DNA of 63,588 nucleotides, the filler included, from Octopus bimaculoides (lineage: Eukaryota): NCBI RefSeq assembly GCF_001194135.2. It is 6 parts of 4 records of this genome, joined end to end, with 100 filler letters (N's around TTAATTAATTAA, not from the genome) between each part and the next. Parts side by side here need not be neighbours in the genome. Positions count along the whole stretch, not along the records: positions 1 to 13,958 come from NC_068983.1; positions 14,059 to 33,530 come from NC_068985.1; 4 more parts are not named here. One strand, written 5' to 3'. The translations under genes and the position numbers were made by a program. The notes under the pieces were generated by a model. It made no database searches. It was not told the DNA's origin and saw nothing but the letters and a program-made list of their open reading frames with translations. How positions within the stretch are numbered: position 1 is the stretch's first letter; the number at the start of each line of letters is the position of its first letter. Shown in pieces: positions 12,881 through 24,459 of the stretch.

Positions 12881-13790
12881 TAAGTTTGCATACATGAGAC
12901 TGATAACATCATAAAACTTAGAAAGCAGCCCCTTGAGCAACATTCCTTATCTGATAACCTAGAATACATGCCCAAAGAAGTCGCACGACTCTACTGCAAC
13001 GTATCATTAGATGAAAGGATGAGCTTATATGAGCAGAAAGCTATGCATGGATATGTAAGTAGAAAGCTCCGGGATGATAGTAACATCGATCATCAAAGCA
13101 GTTTATCATAGACCAATAGCCGGATTACTACCTCCTACTTTAAAAGGTATGCGTTTGCAATTCAGGAACAGAGAATATCAACCAAATACCTGATGCACAA
13201 AAGGGATAGAAATGCAAGAAAAACAGCAAAATGTAACAACCGATGCACACTTTGTGGAGTTCACACTGAAGATATCAACCACATCAAAAGCAGTTATCCG
13301 AAAATGTCATCACGGTATTATCTACCGATAAGACATGATGTAGCTAGGGCACTCGATAATGAAACCCGTCGGAAGGATAACCCCGAGGACAAAGAAATAA
13401 GAACCCACAATACGATAGAAGCCATAGCCACTCATAGTAAAAAGGAGTACTGGTGCAATGCTCCAGTGAAGACCCCAATAAAATGTAAGCACAACAGACC
13501 TGATATAATGATTTGGAATAGAGAAGAGAAACTGAGCACAGTTGTGGAAATTAGCTGCCCAGCGGATGTTAACATAAAGCTGAAGATCAGTGAAAGAGAG
13601 AATACCTACGCTGAGCTATTGAGAAATCTGCAGTTACTGTATCCAGATTACAAGTTCAGGTTTATACCTGTAATTATTGGGGTCCTGGGATATGCAACAC
13701 ACTGAAATTCCAATGAAGGAAACTTGAATCTAGGTTAGAAACCGGCTCTTTTGTCTATTGACAAGAAATCTTGAAATAAAACTGAACAAC
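12881..13790 (+). mobile_element. R4/Dong-type non-LTR retrotransposon, 5'-truncated (copy B), restriction-like endonuclease domain
   Basis: FAIQEQRISTKY, degenerate CCHC knuckle CTLCGVHTEDINHIKSSY, RHD, NRPDI and VEISCP motifs (ORF 13193-13705). Confidence 0.88.
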
Positions 13791-14989
13791 GACATACATA
13801 CATACATAGTTATATATAAATATACACATAGATAGGCACAAACATATACACTTACATAAACATTCAAGAAATTTAGCATGTAATAAAATCTACATATACA
13901 ATGATCCATACTTGTGTGTGTGTAGGTGTATTATATATATATATATATATATATATATNNNNNNNNNNNNNNNNNNNNNNNNNNNNNNNNNNNNNNNNNN
14001 NNTTAATTAATTAANNNNNNNNNNNNNNNNNNNNNNNNNNNNNNNNNNNNNNNNNNNNAGTGCTATATAATGGGATAGTAATGTTTAGGACCTAGTAAAT
14101 ACACATGCACGAAAAAAACGACTATCCCGATATATAAAAATATCTGTTTCACCACACTATTTCGCATCAAGAATTTTCCAAAACAAATATATAAACGTAT
14201 ATATATATATTTGCATCCATGAACATTAAGCACACACAAACACATGCATATAGTTTTGTAAATAAGGTATATATATATGCATATGTGTGTGTGCGTTTGT
14301 ATGTATATATTTATATATATGTATGTTTATGAATAAATATATATGCACATATATATGCAATTATTGGTCATAACATGACAAATATAAATAAGAAGCAAAT
14401 AAATAGGTAAACAAAGTAATGAACAAAAGATTACTGTTGTTGGAGTTTTTGTTGCTATTGTTATTTGCCGCCATTGTTGTCAGTTTTAAAATTGCTAGTG
14501 TTTCACGACGACTGGCGACATTTCCTATTGAAACCTATGCCAAACACTGTCTTTGTATGAAAAGTGCAAATTGCATTAAAACGTATGACCACGTCAATTA
14601 ACAATGTTACTTCAGTTCATCTTGGACAATTGCCTGGACTACTGCCTTCCGTACTTTAACAGCTGCGACTCACTCTTAAAGTAATGTGCTGTCTGTGTTT
14701 AAATTGACGACAAAAATTATCCAAACTTTTCTTTGTCTTAAATACTTTTATTTTCTGGCTCTTTATTTTTGTTTTTTATATTAGCCCTATATCACAATAT
14801 CTGGAAAAATTAACATTATAAGGATTGGACTTTTTAGCTATCTTTAAGGACCAAAATGCGTCGACACAAAGATCTTTTTCAATTTGAAAGGGGAAAAAAG
14901 AGAAAAGAAGTAGAGAACCCTTATTGAATATATGAATCGGTTGAAGTTTGTGACTTCACGGTGATATTAGTCGCAATAGTTTGAAATTT

Positions 14990-15680
14990 TTGAAATTCCA
15001 AACAATCATTGCAGTATTTTAGTGCACATTTGCCACACAGGGTTTTTCGCAAACTCCGTACATTTGTGCGTTTCTGTTTCGGCATTTTGTTTTGAGAAAC
15101 GTTCGTCTGACTTTATTTCTAGAGGAAGATGTTTCCTCAATAGGGTTTTTAAAAATACATGGACGACCGTGAGGTGAATCACCACAAAGTTCTTGAACAA
15201 CTTTTTGAATAAATTCCCGTTAAATTATAACTGAATTGCAAACACTTGTGTTTATAAGAGCAATATCCAAAATATAACAAAGAATCATGCATTGGCCATG
15301 GTCTACTGCTTGCTTGCACTGAATAAAGCCTTGCCATTTGGTCAAGCATGTCTACGTCTACATTATTTTTGTGATAAAAAAAGTATAGTGACAGGCTTCT
15401 TCTAGGGGTTATTTTCAGAAGGAACTTCTACAAGTTGATTTACGGTACTCAAAACAACAGACTTTGATTTTCTGCACTGGTACGATGTAAGTGTGACAGT
15501 AGACTTCTCTGTAGATTTCATTCTGAGAGTTTTATTGACTGGTTTCACCTGTTTTACTGCTCCTGATAATTCCCTTCTAACATGACACATTCTTCCAACT
15601 ACAATGCTGTTTTGTTTTGCGAGCTGCAAAGGCTATGCAATTGCTGAATATCGAAAACATTGCCACGTGTATTTATAAAC
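14990..15680 (-). mobile_element. piggyBac transposase relic (C-terminal DDD region and Cys-rich tail)
   Basis: Minus-strand frames give TLTSYQCRKSKSVVLST...KKPVTIL..YHKNNVDVDMLDQMARLYSVQASSRPWPM, LDIALIN and a terminal Cys-rich segment; GCGTCAATTGACGC palindrome at 15713-15726 resembles the piggyBac subterminal motif. Confidence 0.8.
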
Positions 15681-16029
15681 AAAAGCAGGTGCGAGTTTCA
15701 AACGTTGTCAATGCGTCAATTGACGCGTGTGATCCTTATAGGTAGTATTTGGTTTATTTATTTACAGTTGGTGCAAACAACATATAATTTGTAGTGTATA
15801 TAGATATAAAAATATGAAAAGTCAAGGACCATGATGTCAAAATCTACAATAGTTTTTCAATTGTGTGCGATTAAGATCTCTTAATGCATCAATTCATGCA
15901 CTCGGTTCTTCTAGCGTTAATGGAATGCGTGCTGAGTGCAGGAGGTATTTGAGGTAATTTTGCTAATTAAAGGAAGCAACCCTCTAATAAAAAAACAAAT
16001 GGATTACAATAAAAGCTTTTTTAAATGAA

Positions 16030-16350
16030 TCCGCCTTAAGCATCAATGTCTGTCTTAATGAGGGACTGGAATCATTGCTACGCGTGTGCTCAAAGGTCCT
16101 TATAAATTTCGGGCACCACGAAGACAGTTACGGCCTCCAATAGTGAGGATGTTTAATAGTCCCCTTTCCAACAACACTCTAAACGTAGTTGTGAATGGGA
16201 TTTAAATCTGGCGAATTTGGAATCCAGAGGTTTGGCTTCACAAGATTGTAAAGATTTTATGACATCCATCTTGGTGCCAAGTCATCTTGAAACACGTATA
16301 ACATTCTATTGCATACTACATCTATCCAGAACTTAACAACTATATTCAGC
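16030..16350 (-). mobile_element. Tc1/mariner-superfamily transposase C-terminal relic
   Basis: Minus strand WIPNSPDLNPIHNYV..VVGKGTIKHPH. Confidence 0.75.
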
Positions 16351-16413
16351 ATCTTAACGTAATGTACCTAGTAGCATTAATTCTAAGATCTGGTCAATAG
16401 ATATACGGTGGCT

Positions 16414-16415
<2 letters not shown>

Positions 16416-16471
<56 letters not shown>
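16416..16471. repeat. (TATC)n microsatellite
   Basis: Direct reading. Confidence 0.95.
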
Positions 16472-16660
16472 GCTTAATTTAAATATCCGTTTAATTTGTC
16501 CTTAGCGAATGCCCCATAGTACGCTCTTAAAAGCCCCTATGCTTCTCGTCGAGTATCGCATGTCACTCCGTCTTTCGGTGTAATCGAATGGATTATACAC
16601 ACGCGTATATATATATATAACTATGTGTGTGTGTGTGTGTGTGTACACATTCACCAGATG

Positions 16661-17600
16661 TACCAGGTTGAGTCAAAAGATTTTTCGTATTTTAAGCTGT
16701 GACTTGTAGTTCGAACAAATTACATTCCAACTGATTTCATTTCATTACAACGTATCCTATCATATTGTATTGCCTGTTGTCATCGCTGTGCCAGAAGTTC
16801 AATCCCACGCCTATACCATTTGACTGGCTTAGTGGCAAAAAATTTCCTCCGCTCATTTTCAACCTCATCGATGTATTTGATCTTCTGTGGTTTCAGGAAA
16901 TGGGAAAAAAAAACTTGGTGTGGTAATCTGGTGGCACAAGGCCTGGACTGTAGACAAGGTGAAGAGCACTTCCATTTCTTTAAGTTCGTTAGAGTTGCAC
17001 TTCGTCACATTGGCACTGTGTGCTGGGATATTATCATGCTCTAAGAGTGCATGACTTCGATTGACCAATGCTGAGTATCGGGTTTTGGAATCGTTATATG
17101 TTGCTGTTATTTTTTTAATCTAATGGTTAGCGTTCACAGCATAACCGTCTGTAACAAATTTAAAGTGCATATCCCACCATACAAAAAACACAACATTCTA
17201 TTCAAAGCCCATTTCTTTGACAGCAGGTTTTGAAGTCTGACCAAAACGAATCTACGTATTCCTCCTATTAGATTTTGGTAAATGGATCCATTTTTTATGT
17301 CCAGTTACAATTCGACACCAGAAACAGCTATCTCGATGAATTTCCAGCAGTTGTTTGCAACCGTTTATACTCTGTTGAGCCTGGCCACTGGTCACTTCAT
17401 AAGAAGCTTCTCGACAGCGTCTCTACACAAGGCCAAGCTTATGGAGGTGTCGATTAACGGTTCTTTGTGAAGTACAACATTCTGCCGACAATGTAAATGT
17501 GCTTGCGCTTGGCTGTTGTTCAACCACTTCAAGAAAGGCTACATCTTCTACATCATAACTTTGTCATCATTAATTTCATGTTTGAAACATAAATCAACAC
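16661..17600 (-). mobile_element. mariner transposase relic
   Basis: Minus strand VEQQPS...TVNRHLHKLG (HTH), IVTGHKKWI (for IVTGDEKW), LLEHDN..AH and YSPGLVPPDYH (for YSPDLAPSDYH). Confidence 0.85.
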
Positions 17601-18269
17601 AGTATTTTAATGGAAAATTTTAATTTAGATCACTTAAAAACAGAAAACTTGTATCATAGAACCAGGGATAGTCATATCAAATAGTTTCCAGGCAGATTAT
17701 GTTTACCAATTGTTTTTAATATTGCTGCCAGTATATTTCATTTACTCTAGTTGCCATTCTACCTTCCATTGGTTTCCACTTCTAAAATTTTGTTTCAAAT
17801 AGTAGCTTCGAAACTCTATAAAGTAGATCAGTTCTCAAAACCATACAGTGGTGTTATTTGTTCAAATCCTGAAGATAAGATCTCCTTTTGATGAAAGTAC
17901 ATGTTTCATAATTAAACCTTAATTTTATCATTTCATTAATCACGATTTTGCTGTTTTTATGCATCACTTTGAATTTCGTCTATTAAATTTTCTCAACTCC
18001 TTTATATTAACCATCCATTCATTTGGATTTTCCTTTCCTACATTCAGAAAAGAACTATTTCCTTAGAGTGTAAAATATATTTGGATATTTGTTATTGTAT
18101 TTATTACTGTCCATTATTTTGATAGAATTTTATCAGACATTTTTTTAATATCTTCCCATTTCCTTTTCAAAAGTGATGCTTGCATGAGCTTTTTGTTCCT
18201 GTATTGCATTTCTTTCTATTTGTTCTATGTTATAAAACTGGTACTCAGTCAATTACGACGACGGAAATT

Positions 18270-18545
18270 CAAATTGATCCGATCAGTCTGCTCGTGAAGC
18301 TAACTTGCAGCCCACTCCATAGACAGGTGTGCTCTTAACGTAGTTCTCAGAGAGATACAATGTAGACAGAATATATAGGGGCTAACCATTTGAAATACAA
18401 ATACTACTCATTTTTGCCAGCTGAGTGAACTGGAATAACGTGAAATAAAGTGACTTGCCATGAACACAATGCACCACTGTGTATCGAACTTATGACCTTA
18501 CGATCGGGAGCCGAATACCCTAACCACTAGGCCACGCGACTTCGC
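18270..18545 (-). mobile_element. SINE family A
   Basis: Shares TACTCATTTTTGCCAGCTGAGTGAACTGG...CCCTAACCACTAGGCCACG with the copy at 2575-2726. Confidence 0.8.
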
Positions 18546-18559
18546 TGTTCTTTGTTATA

Positions 18560-19190
18560 TATTTCTTGTATTTCCCCTTTACTGCTTAACCTGTTCAATA
18601 ATGCTTGCTCCATATTTCCCGATTATATTTTTTATGTTCTCTTTGGTTCAGCAAATTTAAGTTTAATTTCTTTGCTTCTTTTACTCGTTCTGATTTGTAG
18701 TTTAATTGCTACTGGGTTAGTTACAGTCTAAACTGGTATCTACTCTGGGATGTATTGTTGCAAGTAGGTCACAGTATCTTAAATAATTCACTTATTAGTA
18801 TAGAATCTCTATCATTTCTTGTCATCTTCAACTTTCCAGATGTACACTATTCATGGTTAATTAAGAATTTGAGCACAGAGCGCTCCTGTCCTTTCCTCAT
18901 TAGCTGGTTAGCAATCCTTGCATTTGAGGATAATACCTTGAATTTACCACGCATTTTGCTTTTAAGCCTTTAGAGCCATTAGCATCTGATTCGGAGCTTC
19001 TATATCTTCTGCTTTAGTGTACTTAATGAGTGACGTTCTCCGCACAATATTTTTTCCAGACAACTGATGTCCCTGACTTAGCATATTTTCACAGTCGATG
19101 CAAGAGACCATAGGGAGACTACTGGTATAAGCTTCTGATTTCAGGGATCCATTCGTGGGAGCTGTGCAAACATGGGGGAAAACATGCTCA
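18560..19190 (-). mobile_element. Highly decayed LINE remnant (possibly L1/Tx1-like)
   Basis: Interrupted Lys/Arg-rich minus-strand frames; no clean motif. Confidence 0.3.
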
Positions 19191-19886
19191 ATTTGATGAT
19201 ATTGTAAACCCTGATCGGGTAACGAAGATGCTTCCCTTCATAAACGTACACAACGCACAATATATTTTATAATGTGCATATCAACAATATACCACAAATA
19301 TTACTTGCTCTCCTAGAATTGTGATTGAATAACGCCATTAATTTTCAAGCGATACCATTGCAAGAATCCATCGTCGTTCAAGGTAATAAGAAAAAGAAAA
19401 AACAGGCGAATCACAAATCAATGAATGCAGAACAAACGATTAATCATCCAAATGGTATTATACAGTTCTGTCTTCTTGAATCTTTGAATCTTATATTGAT
19501 GTCATGAGTAAAAGCAATTTTACATAATTTAAGGATGATAAGGCAATTAAAACGACAGAGAAATATATGGAATAAGTATTTAACTTCTTCAATTTATATC
19601 TTGATTTAAAATTCTTCTAGATTTGATATCTCATTTATTCTTCAGAAATCGATAAAAGAGTTACATACTAGAATCTATCTGATCTACTCTACCCCAGCAA
19701 AGAATACAACGTAGAAATTGATTAAATTCGTACAGGGTAGCGAAAATGTTAATTACCACAATACTAATTACCTGCAAAGAACAAAAAATACATAAACAAA
19801 TAATTAAAGAAGAAAATGAATCAGTGCCACTAGGTGGTAATTTTCAATACAAGACGAATAATTAGCTTAGTCGGTAGTAAAGAAGT

Positions 19887-19907
19887 GGGGGAGGGGTCTG
19901 ATTGGCT
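19887..19907. promoter_or_regulatory. Candidate Sp/KLF box and NF-Y (inverted CCAAT) box upstream of S-crystallin
   Basis: GGGGGAGGGG followed by CTGATTGGCT (19898-19907), about 260 bp upstream of the predicted TSS. Motif match only. Confidence 0.35.
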
Positions 19908-20128
19908 TCTTCAGGTTTAGCCTGTATACGTACTTTGTTATTTGTTGTGTGCGTGTATATGTGCGTAAGTGCATGTCTGTTAGCAATTGTGTATATTTCC
20001 GGTGGCGCGTAGGGATAATGTTTTTATTGTCTTGTATGTATATGTGTGTGGGGTGATTATGTTGTAATGCGAAGGTCAAGTCTTTGTGATGTTAATGGGA
20101 GATAACAATGCAATATTATGCTTGCCGT

Positions 20129-20168
20129 TATATATAAGGACACGGCACAACAGACGATGCCACATTCA
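20129..20168 (+). promoter_or_regulatory. S-crystallin core promoter: TATA box and initiator
   Basis: TATATAAG at 20131-20138; YYANWYY match CCACATT with A at 20162, 31 nt downstream of the TATA; about 70-nt CAA-rich 5'UTR up to ATG 20232. Confidence 0.7.
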
Positions 20169-20231
20169 GCCTGCTAATCAGTCAACCCCAGGACTCTTGT
20201 CTTTTTACAACAACCCACAACAACATCAACC

Positions 20232-20364
20232 ATGCCTTCCTACACTCTCCACTACTTCAACCACCGTGGCCGTGCTGAAATCTGCCGTATGCTGTTCGCA
20301 GCTGCTGGTGTCCAGTACAATGACCGCAGGATCGAATATTCGGAATGGAACAACATGCGAAGCA
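20232..20364 (+). CDS. S-crystallin exon 1 (aa 1-44 plus 1 nt)
   Basis: ATG at 20232 in AACCATGC context; [26 protein letters not shown] with the GST N-terminal Tyr; donor AGCA|GTAAGT at 20365. Not in the ORF-track frame. Confidence 0.95.
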
Positions 20365-21651
20365 GTAAGTCAAGCGGAATCGCATCTTTCACATTTATTT
20401 TAATTTAAAACTAATTCTTATATTCATAATTATCAAGCATCCTAATATTACAACTTGTTAAAGAAGCTACGTGCGATGATATAGACGAAAAATGTCATTG
20501 AATTTCCATATCCCCATTGGTGAAAACAAAGACAATTCGCTGTAGTGTATCTAGAATATAATATACTTCTAAAAATCTACGCAATTTTTTTTTTTAACTG
20601 AGCAGTGTAAGCTAAGAGATCCGTTGATTTCACAGCTCAGCGCTTTGTAGAGAAGTGTAACTAAATGTTAATTCACGTTTCTCAACGTCACTTAGAAAAG
20701 CGCGAAGCGTTCTTTCACATTACATCAGCTCTATGTATACATGTCGGCCTAAGATCTACACAGGGAAACGATTTTAACAGAATCTTTCGAAAGAAATCAT
20801 GTGTGTGGGCATTTATAATACATACATGCATACATATATACACACACACATACATACATACATACATACATACATACACACATACATATATATATGTGTG
20901 TGTGTAGTATATATGTATAAATATATCTATGTACATATACACACACAAAAACACAAACGTCTCCATATATATTTTCCTTAAGTCATATATGTTTGTATAT
21001 TCTACTTGTACACGAACGTATTTGTTTCCAATATGGCTGATAAACGACGCACTTTGAATTATTGGCTTGAAGGTGACATCTAATTAATTAGTCAACATCT
21101 TGCAGTTGCCATTGCGTTGCTCTTCTCAGAGAAGAACGGATATACCTACTCTTGTTTGTCTGATTGAGAAAATAACCCGCTTAAATAAAGAATGGTAGCA
21201 AAGACTGTAAAGTTCAGTTGACTTAAGAATGTTTGGAAAATATTGATAAAGAAAGTTTAAACAATCTTTTACTTTGTAGTATTCCTGCTGGAATCGAAAT
21301 CAAAACACAAATGTCTAATTCTTAAAGTTTATGGAGGTTTATATTGTTTATAATATTCACATACAAACATGGTAACTAATTTTCCTCGTCAGACATCTTC
21401 CAGCTAATACTTCAGACAAGTTAAGTAATTAAGACACACACACACACACAAAAACACACACACACACACATACAAGCTAACGTGTACCCTTATACACACA
21501 GACATGCACGCACACACGTGCACGCATACACACGCGTACATATATATGTATTAATGTGTGTACTTATGTATATTCAATGCATCAAAAATGTAGTCTCAAA
21601 TATACATCTTCAAACATGTATGGCCATATACACACATAAATACATACATAC

Positions 21652-21699
<48 letters not shown>

Positions 21700-21709
21700 N
21701 NNNNNNNNN

Positions 21710-21757
<48 letters not shown>

Positions 21758-23452
21758 AATACACACACACGCACACGAGCACAAACACGCACACGAGCAC
21801 ACACACGCACATATGAGCGTGCATGTTTGTTTTTATATTTGAATAAATCCTTACATTGAAGTAATGCTCACTGAAGATTTTAATATGCGTATATATTCAG
21901 AAAACCGGTGTATACTTATTGTGTACCTAGTTTATATCATCTGTGTAAAGAATTAATTATACAAGAAAACAGAAAGAAACCGAGCTGAAAGCGTAATTTG
22001 CATCTTCATTCAGCATAATTAATTTTGTGTTTGTAAAACTTCAAAAATAATATAAATTACTTGAATATGATGTCGAGAATTGAGCTGAATAGAATGAACC
22101 GAGCTAAAGATAGCCATTCATCAATTATTTTAAATAACCTGTGATTGATTTAGTATCTAAAGGTCTTCAAGTGAACATATTCCCTGCAGAGATACTTCAT
22201 ATCACCTTATTTCACTCATATGTTCAAGTAATGAATTAACGTCACATCTCGTTCTCGTCTGAATATTTATGTGGCAATAACTCAACGCATTTTATTTTCT
22301 GAGAATAATTACTTTATTCGATGGCGTAAAAGACGTACGGGTATATTAGACGCATTCCAGTTTCAGCATCGCATAATTTTAGAAGGTATGGGTAAGCCAT
22401 ATACTCAGAGAATTTTGGACAACTTGCGGCATTTTGGACAAGTATCTTCTACTAAAGCTCCGAGCCAAATAATGCCTTTTGAGTTTGAATATGGTTGTCT
22501 GTGACTTTGAGTATATCTTTCGAAGAAAAACAAATATAGACGAATGAAAGCTACATGCGTGTGTTTTTTAATGAAGTCTCAAATGATATTTCTCCTGTCG
22601 ATATGGCCCTATCATTGTCTTTCACACGCATCACAAATGTAGTGGGCCACAGGAAACGTGTAACTCCAGATACTCTTGCACGCGAGATGCATTTTATATA
22701 ACGAAACGTGAAATAGAAATTTACTGTTACTATTAACATTTTCGTTTTCTTTCAACATCTATCATTTCATCTTTCAAGCATTGCATACAAACCAAACTAA
22801 GACAATTACATAGTTCACAGAAATGGTTCCTTACGTACAGATATAGAATTTTTATATTTTCCGTACTATACGCACCGATTAGTAACGTCAACCAAGGTTA
22901 ATAAATCGACACTTCCAGTTCTTTCGATTCATCTTTCACGCATTGTGTACTAACCAAAATGATTGATTAGTTCACATAAATGATTACTTTTCGTACAATT
23001 ACCCAAAGTTTATATTTTAGCACTCTGCGCACTAATTACTAACGTCAACCAAGTTTAATAAACTGATGCTTACAGAAGTAAGAGATTATTTAAATAGAGA
23101 AGTGGTACATATATGAGGGTGTCTGATTGTGCTTTGAACATTATACTTTCGGGGTCGATAAAATAAGAACCAGTCTAGTAATGAGATCAATGTAATCAAC
23201 TTACCCACTCCTCTAAAATATCTGGCCTTGTGCCAAAATTTGAAACTATCATTAGTGGTATTTTGTCTGTCGTCACGTTCCGAATTCAAATTCTCCCGAG
23301 ATCGACGTTGNNNNNNNNNNATTCTCCCGAGATCGACGTTGCCTTTCATCCCTTCGGTGTCGATAAATGAAGTACTAATGAAACACTGGGATCGATGAAG
23401 TCGACTAGTCCCCTCCCGCCAAATTTCAGAAGTTGTGTCTATAGGGGAAAGG

Positions 23453-23520
<68 letters not shown>

Positions 23521-24401
23521 GATTATTAAGGCGGCAAGCTAGGCAGAATCGTTAGCACACTCAACGAAATGCTTAACTCTCTTTCGCCCGTCCCTATGAT
23601 CCGAGTTCAAATTCTACTGAGTTAGACTTTGCATTTCAACCTTTTGGTTTCTATGAAATAAATACCAGTTGAGCATCGGGGTCGATATAATCGATTTACT
23701 CCCTTCCCCGAAGTTACTGGCTTTGTGCCAACCTTTGAAAATCTTTATTATTATTATCATCATCACCATCATTACATACAGACTTAATTCTACGTTCGGC
23801 AACGTAATTTCCATCACTTTAAATATTCCATTTAATCGTCCTACAATTTTATCATATCCGAACCTACTCATTTAATATATATCGATTTCACATACTTGTT
23901 TCGTTTTAACTAAATATAAATCAAACCAAATAAATAATTGAGTCGATAATCTCTATTTTATGTTATCCGTTCCATTTTCTATTTAGCTAATTTCATTTTA
24001 CTTTGAATATTTCACATTAAATATATCTTCTATGTTTCTTTTTAGCCACTGAAAATATAACATGTGATTGGCATCTAATTTTCCAGATTACCATACACAT
24101 TTGCACTAAAACATTGTGCTAACTTATTTCATAGCACCTAATCTGTTATATTATATTATACTCAATCTGAAACCACGTCATGTTTTCTGCATATTTACAC
24201 ATCATCATTCTCCCATTTCAAAATGTATTTGTGCTTTTGCAGAGATGCCATGCCACATGGTACCAATGCTGGAAATCGACAACAGGCATCAAATTCCTCA
24301 GAGCATGGCTATTGCAATGTACCTTGCCAGAGAATTCGGTAAGACCACTTTATTCAAAATATCTCATATCAGCGTATCTATATATAATACACACATACAT
24401 A

Positions 24402-24459
<58 letters not shown>

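Noticed and set aside
14003-14014. TTAATTAATTAA recurring five times inside gaps
   Set aside because: Artificial scaffold linker centred in 100-bp placeholders; not biological.
20086-20403. 105-aa ORF from the track overlapping exon 1
   Set aside because: Wrong frame; the true frame starts at ATG 20232.
23290-23341. 21-bp direct repeat ATTCTCCCGAGATCGACGTTG
   Set aside because: Flanks a 10-N gap exactly; an unmerged contig overlap.
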